Below are positions 11,316-18,962 of a stretch of 20,696 nucleotides of DNA, one piece after another. This DNA is from Propionibacteriaceae bacterium. Lineage in GTDB: Bacteria > Actinomycetota > Actinomycetes > Propionibacteriales > Propionibacteriaceae. Position numbers and translations under genes: made by a program. The stretch spans positions 1 to 20,696 of the forward strand of contig JAIRQE010000028.1 of assembly GCA_031256725.1 (NCBI GenBank), written 5' to 3'. The notes beneath the pieces are model-generated. The model was not told where the DNA came from. It ran no database searches and saw only the letters and a program-made list of their open reading frames with translations. Every line of letters begins with the position of its first letter. Position 1 is the first letter of the stretch.

Positions 11316-12017
11316 TCAGGCTTCAGAACCTGAACGACGGGAAGGATCCATAGGGATACCAGGACCCATCGTGGAGGACATTGTTACCTTGCGCACATAG
11401 CGACCCTTCGATGCACTCGGCTTGAGGCGGAGTACCTCGTCCAAGGCAGCATTCAGGTTCTCCAGCAACTGCTCTTCAGTGAAGGAGGCCTTCCCGATGA
11501 TGAAGCAGAGGTTGGAGTGACGATCAGCACGGAACTCAATCTTGCCACCCTTAATGTCGGTGACAGCCTTGGCAACATCCATAGTCACCGTGCCAGTCTT
11601 TGGGTTGGGCATCAGGCCACGGGGGCCGAGTACACGACCGAGCTTACCGACCTTACCCATGAGGTCAGGGGTCGAGACGACAGCGTCGAAGTCGAGGTAC
11701 CCACCGGCTACCTTGTCGATCAACTCATCTGCGCCAACCTCATCAGCACCCGCTGCTTCAGCAGCTGCTGCATTCTCACCAGTAGCGAAGACGAGGACCC
11801 TTGCCGTCTTACCTGTACCGTGGGGGAGGTTGACCGTACCACGAACCATCTGGTCCGCCTTACGGGGATCAATACCAAGTCTCATAGCCACTTCGATGGT
11901 CTCATCGAACTTGGCTGAGGCCATCTGCTTCACAATAGCGATGGCTTCTGCCCCTGAATGGAGCTTGTGTGGATCGCGCTTAATCTCGGCTGCGCGATAG
12001 CCTTTGCTGCGCTTCAT
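11316..12017 (-). CDS. rplA: 50S ribosomal protein L1
   Basis: [16 protein letters not shown]...[43 protein letters not shown] lies upstream and the gene sits directly downstream of rplK. Confidence 0.96.
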   Translation of the reverse strand: MKRSKGYRAAEIKRDPHKLHSGAEAIAIVKQMASAKFDETIEVAMRLGIDPRKADQMVRGTVNLPHGTGKTARVLVFATGENAAAAEAAGADEVGADELIDKVAGGYLDFDAVVSTPDLMGKVGKLGRVLGPRGLMPNPKTGTVTMDVAKAVTDIKGGKIEFRADRHSNLCFIIGKASFTEEQLLENLNAALDEVLRLKPSASKGRYVRKVTMSSTMGPGIPMDPSRRSGSEA

Positions 12018-12101
12018 AGCTGGTTCCTTTCATGTATGCCACCGCGTATGGTGGCTGTTCCAGTTGTGGTTCGGGGAGCACTCCCCTTCCACTTGTTGGG
12101 G

Positions 12102-12539
12102 TTATGCGTCGACGGTCACGCCCATAGAGCGGGCAGATCCTTCAATGGTCTTCATCGCTGCCTCAACGTCATTAGCGTTGAAACCAGGATCTTGCATCTT
12201 GACCTGAGCAATTTCCCTGACCTGTTCCTTCGTAATCGAGCCGACCTTGGTCTTGAGCGGATTCGATGAACCCGAGGTCAAGCCAGCTGCCTTCTTAATA
12301 AGTACAGCCGCAGGAGGGGTCTTCGTAATGAACGAGAAGGTACGGTCTTCATAAATGGTGATCTCGACTGGGATCACGGTGCCACGTTGTGACTCTGTTG
12401 CATTGTTGTACTGCTTACAGAAGTCCATGATGTTCACACCATGAGGGCCGAGAGCTGTACCGACCGGAGGGGCCGGTGTGGCTGAGCCAGCTTGCAATTC
12501 AACCTTGACAAGGGCTGCAACCTTTTTCTTGGCAGGCAT
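12102..12539 (-). CDS. rplK: 50S ribosomal protein L11
   Basis: [54 protein letters not shown] lies 6 nt upstream. Confidence 0.96.
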   Translation of the reverse strand: MPAKKKVAALVKVELQAGSATPAPPVGTALGPHGVNIMDFCKQYNNATESQRGTVIPVEITIYEDRTFSFITKTPPAAVLIKKAAGLTSGSSNPLKTKVGSITKEQVREIAQVKMQDPGFNANDVEAAMKTIEGSARSMGVTVDA

Positions 12540-12647
12540 TAGGGTCCTTCCTTATCCCACGGACCTTCCGTGGGGGTTTCCACGGGGAATCCCGCAGAAG
12601 AGTACACGGGCCTTCCGTGAACTCAATTCCCTGAAACAGGGATTGAA
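12540..12647 (-). promoter_or_regulatory. rplK leader/promoter region with two copies of a CACGGAAGGyCCGTG hairpin
   Basis: Hairpins lie at 12605-12619 and 12556-12574 (plus-strand coordinates). A competing CCGTGG/CCACGG pairing lies between them. A possible promoter on the minus strand reads TTGAGT-16-TACTCT. Confidence 0.35.
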
Positions 12648-13448
12648 TCAGATCTTTTGAACCTGATCCAAAGTCAGATCCACAGGTGTATCGCGACCCA
12701 TGAACTCAAGGGTGACTTTGAGTCGCGAATTGTGGGTATCGATCTCAGTGATCGTGGCATGGACCCCTGTGAATGGCCCCTCGGTGAGCATGACGGAATC
12801 GCCGACCTGGAAATCGACCAGTTCTACCTTCTTCTTGCGTACCGGCTTGCCACCCTCCTTGTCGGCCTTGAGTGCCAAGGCTGCGGGGAGAAGCATTTCA
12901 ATGACCTCATCCATGCTCAAGGACACTGGATCATTGGCATGACCCACGAATCCGGTCACTGATGGGGTATGTCGTACTGCTGACCACGAATCATCAGTCA
13001 GATCCATGCGTACAAGGACATATCCAGGAAGTACGGTTCTGGTGACGGTCTTCTTGACTCCATTACGGATCTCGACGACATCCTCTGTTGGAACAATAGT
13101 CTCGTAGATGTAGTCCTCCATGTTGAGGGTCTTCACACGAGAATCAAGATTCTGCTTAACCCTCTTCTCCATACCAGAGTAGGTGTGGACGACGTACCAA
13201 TCACCAACCTTCAATTGAAGTTCCGCACGAATCTCTTCGCGAAGAGCATCAGCCTCATCAGATGAGGTTTCATCCTGGTCTACTTCAGCTTCAGGCTCAT
13301 CAGAATCCAGACGGATCTCAGTCTCATCCTCAGTCTCATCCTCTTCACCACCGAGGTCGAGATTAATGCCAAGGTCTTCCTCAACTACCTCTTCGCTGAG
13401 ATCCAGATTCAGCTCCGTGTCGTCGAAGACAATGTCTTCATCACTCAT
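12648..13448 (-). CDS. nusG: Transcription termination/antitermination factor NusG with acidic N-terminal extension
   Basis: NGN domain begins at GDWYVVHTYSGMEKRV, and a KOW motif is present (FQVGDSVMLTEGPFTGVHATITEID). Start placed at ATG 13448 (MSDEDIVFDD), just downstream of the secE stop. About 81 aa of D/E-rich sequence precede the NGN domain. Confidence 0.93.
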   Translation of the reverse strand: MSDEDIVFDDTELNLDLSEEVVEEDLGINLDLGGEEDETEDETEIRLDSDEPEAEVDQDETSSDEADALREEIRAELQLKVGDWYVVHTYSGMEKRVKQNLDSRVKTLNMEDYIYETIVPTEDVVEIRNGVKKTVTRTVLPGYVLVRMDLTDDSWSAVRHTPSVTGFVGHANDPVSLSMDEVIEMLLPAALALKADKEGGKPVRKKKVELVDFQVGDSVMLTEGPFTGVHATITEIDTHNSRLKVTLEFMGRDTPVDLTLDQVQKI

Positions 13449-13459
13449 ATTCCCTATCC

Positions 13460-14368
13460 TCAGCCAAACAGCTTCAACATCAACCAACCGAAGAGCAGAT
13501 CAAGTGCTCCGATGAATGCGATCATCACGACCACGAATATCAGAACAACTAGGAAGAACTGCCACAGTTGTGCGCTTGAAGGCCACGAAACCTTCTTGAG
13601 TTCTTGAACAACCTGACCTAGGAATTCACCGAAGCTCGTCTTCTTGGGGCCATCGTCGGCTGTAGCCTCCGCACGCGAACGAGTGGGACGATTCTTGGCG
13701 ACCGAGGCCGCAGCCTTGGTCGGTTCTGGATCCTCTTGGGTTGTCTTAGCCTTCTTAGCCTTCTTGTCGGCTTTGGCGTCCTTGGGAGTTTCTTCTGCAG
13801 ACTTCTTCTTTGGCTTTTGTACTACCTCGGCAGACTCTTCGACATCCTCCGATGAGTCGTCATCCTCATCCTCGGATTCAGACTCGTCCTCGTCGTCATC
13901 ATCATTCGCGTCGTCAGATTCGTCTTCCTCGTCATCTTCGTACTCGTCATCTTCGTACTCGTCGTCATCGGAGTCTTCGTCGTCATTATCGTCGTCGTCT
14001 TCATCGATACCACGGAATAAGGAAAGAATAGACGCTTCCTCAACCTCTTCTTCGAGATCCTCGGGAGCCTCTTCAGCTTCCTCGACTACAGCTTCAGCGA
14101 AATCAGGGACCTCAGTTGAGGCCTCTTCAACAGCGTCCACAGCATCGTCAATGGGTACAGCAGTGTCGCGAATACTTTGGATCAGATCCTCCGTATTGCC
14201 TACTGCTTCAGCAGCATCCGCACTGGCGTCTTCAAGGACCTCCGCTGCAGTATCAGCAGCGCTTTCAACGGCGTCATCTAATGTCTCCTCAGCCGAAAGG
14301 GCAGCATCGACATCTTTAGTGATATCCTTATCGGGCTCTTGTGGGCCCTTGGCCTTCTTTGCAGCCAC
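13460..14368 (-). CDS. secE: Preprotein translocase subunit SecE with a very long polyacidic N-terminal extension
   Basis: C-terminus FLGQVVQELKKVSWPSSAQLWQFFLVVLIFVVVMIAFIGALDLLFGWLMLKLFG is the canonical SecE TM segment, and the gene has the conserved position between tRNA-Trp and nusG. Start moved to GTG 14368, which has GAAGGAAG 4-6 nt upstream. The ORF-track start at 14440 would overlap the tRNA gene. Confidence 0.9.
   Translation of the reverse strand: MAAKKAKGPQEPDKDITKDVDAALSAEETLDDAVESAADTAAEVLEDASADAAEAVGNTEDLIQSIRDTAVPIDDAVDAVEEASTEVPDFAEAVVEEAEEAPEDLEEEVEEASILSLFRGIDEDDDDNDDEDSDDDEYEDDEYEDDEEDESDDANDDDDEDESESEDEDDDSSEDVEESAEVVQKPKKKSAEETPKDAKADKKAKKAKTTQEDPEPTKAAASVAKNRPTRSRAEATADDGPKKTSFGEFLGQVVQELKKVSWPSSAQLWQFFLVVLIFVVVMIAFIGALDLLFGWLMLKLFG
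13931..13960. repeat. Perfect 15-bp tandem duplication inside the secE acidic region
   Basis: GTCATCTTCGTACTC occurs twice in tandem (13931-13945 and 13946-13960). It encodes the DDEYEDDEYE stretch on the minus strand. Confidence 0.9.
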
Positions 14369-14413
14369 TGAACTTCCTTCTACTTGAGGCCGTACAAACA
14401 CTGCCTTCCCGTG

Positions 14414-14486
<73 letters not shown>

Positions 14487-14533
14487 CTGCTGGTCAGCTG
14501 CCCTTGGGAAGGCGCAGGACAGCCTAGGTCAAA

Positions 14534-14563
14534 TGACCACAAGGGACTAGTGTACGCTAGATT
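14534..14563 (+). promoter_or_regulatory. Candidate trp operon promoter
   Basis: TGACCA (14534-14539), an 18-nt spacer, then TAGATT (14558-14563). The predicted transcription start is near 14570. Confidence 0.3.
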
Positions 14564-14595
14564 TCCCCTTGGGTCGAACCGAGTTTGACACCCCA

Positions 14596-16380
14596 ATGAG
14601 ACAGCCCACAAACCACCCTTGTACTCGTGGATACTTGTATCTCGTGGTGTCCTCCCAGCTTGTGATAGATCTAGCAACCCTCCAGTCATGGAGTGGCTCC
14701 TATCGTAGTGCCCCTATTGCCCTCAAACTCACTGGAGTTAAACGTACCCCTATCGAAGTATTCCTGGCGTGCAAAACGGTCAGCCACCACTGCTTCATCC
14801 TGGAATCCATGGAGGATGCCGACTCCACAGGAAGGTACACCTTCATCGGATATGATCCGAGTCTGGAGTTCTTCTGCAAGGACGGCCATGTCACAATCCG
14901 CGAACCTGGGCGGGTAACCCACCATGAGACCACCACTCCTGGGGCCTGGCTGTCCACCCTTCTCACCGACATTGCTGGGCCACGAGTTGACTTCCTGCCA
15001 CCCTTCACTGGAGGTTTCGCGGGGTACATTGGTTATGACTATATTAAGTACGCCGAGCCGAGTCTTCGACTGGATTCGTACGATGAAGAAGGATTCCGTG
15101 ACATAGACCTGATGTACTTCGACAAGGTCATCGCCTTCGACCACCTTACTGATGAGGTGTACCTAATTCATACGATAACCCTGCCGTCAGCTGATTCGAT
15201 GGGTCGTCATCCTGCGACTTGCGCGCAGGATGACGAGGGAGACGCTCGCAATGACGAGGAAGCCCTTACTCAGGATGATACGGAGACTGGCGCTCGACTA
15301 AGCGATTCGGGTCCTGAATCACTTTCGGAACTCAACTCGCGCGCGGCGGAGGTACTTGAACAGATGGCCCAGGTGGTGACCTGCGGTGAGATGGCCGAGA
15401 TGCCCCGGTTGCGTACCACCAGCGAGTTTGAGGCACTGTTCTCCAAGGAAGAGTTCGTCGACATCATCGCGAAAGCCAAGGAGCATATCGTTGAGGGGGA
15501 CATCTTCCAGGTCGTACCCTCGAACCGGTTGCGTGCTCCTGCGGAAGGCAGTCTCTTCGAAACCTATCAACTCATGCGACGTACCAACCCAAGTCCGTAC
15601 ATGTTCTATTTCTCTTCGGACGACCTTGAGTTGGCAGGGTGTAGTCCCGAAACCCTGGTGAAACTCACAGGCGATGAGGTCATGACCTTCCCTTTGGCTG
15701 GCACCCGCCCCAGGGGTACAACTCCGGCCGAAGACATTCAGTTGGAAGCCGATCTTCTTGCCGATGCCAAAGAGCTTGCCGAACACACGATGCTGGTTGA
15801 CTTGGGCCGCAACGACATTGGTAAGGTTTCGCGCTTTGGTAGTGTCGAAGTCACCGAGTACATGGAGATCCTGCGCTTCTCCCATGTCATGCACATCGGT
15901 TCTGTCGTATCAGGGAGGGTACGCGAAGGGGTCACTGCCATGGACGCGATCCAGGCTGTACTCCCTGCTGGCACTCTGTCTGGTGCACCCAAGATCATGG
16001 CCTGCCAGATCATCAACGACCTGGAGGGGGTCAAGCGCGGAATCTATGGGGGTGCGATTGGGTACATCTCCACCACCGGCGACATGGACACCTGTATTGC
16101 GATCCGTCTTGCCTACAAGAAGGGCGACAATATTTATGTACGAGCCGGCTGCGGGATCGTGGCTGACTCCAACCCCGAGGCTGAATGGGAAGAGACGATT
16201 AACAAGATGAAAGCCGTCATCACCGCCCTAGGGGATGCTCAGAATCCTGGTCGTGATTCTAGATCCTGCGACTGTGCACAGGATGACGGGGAAAGTTTCA
16301 CTTCTCCCATTTCGTCACCCTGTGGTACGCAAAGTCACAGTGCGCAGGATCCAGACAGTACATCTGAGGTGACCTCATGA
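14596..16380 (+). CDS. trpE: Anthranilate synthase component I (start uncertain: TTG 14569, ATG 14596, GTG 14644/14647 or GTG 14662)
   Basis: Chorismate-binding family signatures are present: FILESMEDADSTGRYTFIGYDP, GDIFQVVPS, TNPSPYMFY, PLAGTRPRG, EHTMLVDLGRNDIG, GTLSGAPK and GIVADSNPEAEWEET. No candidate start has a good SD. The stop overlaps the trpG start (ATGA at 16377-16380). Confidence 0.92.
   Translation: MRQPTNHPCTRGYLYLVVSSQLVIDLATLQSWSGSYRSAPIALKLTGVKRTPIEVFLACKTVSHHCFILESMEDADSTGRYTFIGYDPSLEFFCKDGHVTIREPGRVTHHETTTPGAWLSTLLTDIAGPRVDFLPPFTGGFAGYIGYDYIKYAEPSLRLDSYDEEGFRDIDLMYFDKVIAFDHLTDEVYLIHTITLPSADSMGRHPATCAQDDEGDARNDEEALTQDDTETGARLSDSGPESLSELNSRAAEVLEQMAQVVTCGEMAEMPRLRTTSEFEALFSKEEFVDIIAKAKEHIVEGDIFQVVPSNRLRAPAEGSLFETYQLMRRTNPSPYMFYFSSDDLELAGCSPETLVKLTGDEVMTFPLAGTRPRGTTPAEDIQLEADLLADAKELAEHTMLVDLGRNDIGKVSRFGSVEVTEYMEILRFSHVMHIGSVVSGRVREGVTAMDAIQAVLPAGTLSGAPKIMACQIINDLEGVKRGIYGGAIGYISTTGDMDTCIAIRLAYKKGDNIYVRAGCGIVADSNPEAEWEETINKMKAVITALGDAQNPGRDSRSCDCAQDDGESFTSPISSPCGTQSHSAQDPDSTSEVTS
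15205..15290 (+). repeat. Hairpin repeat element, copy B, translated in frame inside trpE
   Basis: ATCCTGCG (15209-15216) pairs with CGCAGGAT (15224-15231) around a 7-nt loop, followed by GACG. A second CAGGATGA lies at 15271-15278. The element encodes RHPATCAQDDEGDARNDEEALTQDDTE. Confidence 0.7.
16258..16351 (+). repeat. Hairpin repeat element, copy C, forming the 3' end of trpE
   Basis: TCTAGATCCTGCGACTG (16258-16274) is identical to 163-179. GATCCTGCGACTGTG (16262-16276) and CACAGTGCGCAGGATC (16336-16351) are inverted repeats with one indel. The element encodes SRSCDCAQDDGESFTSPISSPCGTQSHSAQDP. Confidence 0.75.
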
Positions 16381-16952
16381 TCCTCATTATCGACAACTAC
16401 GATTCCTTTACCCATAATCTCTATCAGATGGTGGGAGCGATCAACCCCGATATTCAGGTGGTACGCAATGATGCCCTGACGGTTTCCCAGGTCGCTGAGA
16501 TGGCCCCCTCCCACGTCATCCTCTCCCCTGGGCCAGGGTACCCTCGTGATGCTGGAATCTGTATCGATGTCGTGAAGGAACTGGCCGGACGATTCCCCAT
16601 CCTTGGTGTGTGTCTGGGTCATCAGGGGATCTGCGAAGCCTATGGGGCCACCATCACCCACGCCCAGTCGCTGATGCATGGGAAGTCCTCACTGATCTCG
16701 ATTCTTGGGGATTCCCCGCTCTTTGCAGGGCTTGATTCTGAGGTACAGGTGGGTCGCTATCACTCTCTAGCTGCTGACCCATCCACCATACCCGATGTAC
16801 TTCAGGTCACCGCGATCTCCGACGATGGGGAGATCCAAGCCGTGGAACATCACCACCTCCCGGTCTTCGGAGTTCAATTCCACCCTGAATCTGTACTCAC
16901 CCCCCAAGGAAGTATCATGCTCACAAACTTCGTAGAGAGAACGAGTTCTTAG
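16377..16952 (+). CDS. trpG: Anthranilate synthase component II (glutamine amidotransferase)
   Basis: MILIIDNYDSFTHNLYQMVG..., catalytic PILGVCLGHQ, and FGVQFHPES. The start is translationally coupled to trpE. Confidence 0.93.
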   Translation: MILIIDNYDSFTHNLYQMVGAINPDIQVVRNDALTVSQVAEMAPSHVILSPGPGYPRDAGICIDVVKELAGRFPILGVCLGHQGICEAYGATITHAQSLMHGKSSLISILGDSPLFAGLDSEVQVGRYHSLAADPSTIPDVLQVTAISDDGEIQAVEHHHLPVFGVQFHPESVLTPQGSIMLTNFVERTSS

Positions 16953-17184
16953 TGGTGGAATTTCTGGTCATGTCACCATAGTCACCCATGACAAACAGAT
17001 GGCTCGCGCTTGTACCAACCTTGGATTCAGCATCCACGATCCAGTTACAGACGACCCCAATTCCCTACCAGTTGTCTGATGGAGCAGACCACTCACCGCC
17101 AGAAATCGGACGTTCGACCGATGACAGAAAGGGTTGTTGGGTGGTGATACTGGAGTACCGAGCTTCATCCACCAGAAAGTACCC

Positions 17185-18087
17185 ATGCCACCGATGATCG
17201 AGGTGACCGACCTCACGCGTACCTATGGCTCATTTACCGCCGTAGATCGCGCTTATTTTACCGTCAACCAAGGGTCCCTGTTTTGCCTTGTGGGACCAAA
17301 CGGGGCAGGAAAATCCACCACGATTTCTATCCTCACCACCCTGTCACCAGCCCATAGCGGGACAGTGGCGTACTCTATCAACGCGAACCTTTACCAGATC
17401 GGGAGTGACGATGCCGCTATTCGCTCGAAAATCGGGGTCGTCTTCCAGGATTCTCTGCTTGATATGCCTTTGACGGTACGGGCCAACCTCACTACCCGTG
17501 CTCGACTTTATGGGTTGGATTCCATTGATGACGTGGTGTCCAGCCTTCACCTTGGCGAGATCCTGGGACGTAAGTATGGGACCCTGTCTGGTGGGCAGCG
17601 ACGGCGGGTGGACATTGCTCGTGCTCTGCTTGTTTCCCCTGAGGTACTCTTCCTGGACGAGCCGACCACGGGGCTTGATCCACAATCGCGGAACCTCGTG
17701 TGGGAGACCATTGCCGAGTTGCGTCAGCGTGTGGGGCTCACGGTTGTACTCACCACCCATTACATGGAGGAAGCTGAGCAGGCAGACCATGTGGCGATCA
17801 TGGATCATGGGCGGATCATTGCTGAAGGCAGCCCAGAGTCTTTGCGAGCCGAGTACTCCCAGAATCTTGTGAAGATACGTGGGTCGCAGATCCCCCAGGT
17901 GTTGGATCGGGACAATGTGAGCTATTCCCGGGAACGCGATCTTGTTCATATACCCGTGGATTCCTGCCATGAAGCCCTCGGATTACTCAACACCTATAAC
18001 GATCTTATTGAGGATTTCGAGGTGGTCCATGGGGGTATGGATAACGTATTCCTGAACCTCACTGGCTCAAAACTACGTGAAGGGTGA
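17185..18087 (+). CDS. ABC transporter ATP-binding protein (ABC-2/DrrA-like, with C-terminal accessory domain)
   Basis: Walker A GPNGAGKST, signature LSGGQRRR, Walker B LFLDEPTTGLD, H-loop LTTHYMEE. Start placed at ATG 17185 (MPPMIEVTDLTRTYG); alternatives are 17134, 17137 and 17194. Confidence 0.9.
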   Translation: MPPMIEVTDLTRTYGSFTAVDRAYFTVNQGSLFCLVGPNGAGKSTTISILTTLSPAHSGTVAYSINANLYQIGSDDAAIRSKIGVVFQDSLLDMPLTVRANLTTRARLYGLDSIDDVVSSLHLGEILGRKYGTLSGGQRRRVDIARALLVSPEVLFLDEPTTGLDPQSRNLVWETIAELRQRVGLTVVLTTHYMEEAEQADHVAIMDHGRIIAEGSPESLRAEYSQNLVKIRGSQIPQVLDRDNVSYSRERDLVHIPVDSCHEALGLLNTYNDLIEDFEVVHGGMDNVFLNLTGSKLREG

Positions 18088-18089
18088 TC

Positions 18090-18953
18090 ATGTTTTCACT
18101 AGTCAAACGCAATATTTCTCTGTTCTTCTCGGATAAGGTTGCGGTCTTCTTCTCACTGCTCGGAGCATTGATTGCGGTCTTACTCATCATGTTCTTCCTC
18201 AAACCCTCCATCGTGGACTCTATGGTGATCAGCTTTGGCGGATTGGCCACTCACCAGGATGCTGAGAATCTTCTTGATGCGTGGTTGATAGTCTCGGCTT
18301 GTGTGATTGCCTCGGGTACCACTGGGCTTGCTGGATTGGGGTACTTCGTTCAAGACCGTGAAAGAGCCCGCTGGCGTGACTTCCTCGTCTCTCCCCTCCC
18401 ACGGTGGGCACTGACTGGCGGTTATCTCCTCTCGGCCACCCTGATCTCTGTCATCATGACAACCCTTGTATACATAGCAGGTACGACCTATTGTTGGGCA
18501 ACAGGGGTACCCCTTTCGCTTGGTGGAGTACTTGAATCCTGGGGATGGCTGATGGTGTGTTCCCTAGCCTTCACTGGGCTCATGGGATTCCTGGTCTCCA
18601 TGCTCACAACCGAGCAATCCTTTGTTGGTCTGACTGTGGTCATAGGTACGACCTTCGGATTCCTGGCGCAGACCTATGTCACGGCCTCACTCCTGCCCAC
18701 AGGGGTTCGAGATCTTCTCTCCAGTTTGCCGTTTGCTCAGGCGAGCGCTCTGGTACGCAAGCCCTACACCCATGATGTCATTGCTGGGCTTCCTGAGATC
18801 GTTCATGCTCCCACAATGGAGGCTATGGGGATCACCTTGAGTATTGGTACAACCCAGGTCTCGACCCCGATGATTCTCACGATCCTGGTGGTCATGACAG
18901 TGGTGTGTACCCTGGCCTGTTGGCAGATCATGACCCGGAGTATGGATCGATAG
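18090..18953 (+). CDS. ABC-2 type transporter permease
   Basis: Polytopic hydrophobic protein with about 6 TM segments, overlapping or abutting the ATPase stop. GAAGGG lies 5 nt before ATG 18090; GTG 18084 is an alternative start. Confidence 0.8.
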   Translation: MFSLVKRNISLFFSDKVAVFFSLLGALIAVLLIMFFLKPSIVDSMVISFGGLATHQDAENLLDAWLIVSACVIASGTTGLAGLGYFVQDRERARWRDFLVSPLPRWALTGGYLLSATLISVIMTTLVYIAGTTYCWATGVPLSLGGVLESWGWLMVCSLAFTGLMGFLVSMLTTEQSFVGLTVVIGTTFGFLAQTYVTASLLPTGVRDLLSSLPFAQASALVRKPYTHDVIAGLPEIVHAPTMEAMGITLSIGTTQVSTPMILTILVVMTVVCTLACWQIMTRSMDR

Positions 18954-18962
18954 GATGACCCC

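Noticed and set aside
13644-14387. 247-aa Ser-rich ORF on the plus strand, plus 13810-14031, 13822-14043 and 14116-14319
   Set aside because: This is a mirror image of the GAN-rich, acidic, low-complexity part of secE, since GAx codons read as xTC (Ser) on the other strand. It has no independent start signals.
14487-14700. Trp attenuator leader peptide or T-box upstream of trpE
   Set aside because: There is no ORF with tandem Trp codons, no T-box-like conserved sequence and no terminator hairpin with a U-run. MEWLLS* has one Trp and lies inside or at the edge of the trpE frame.
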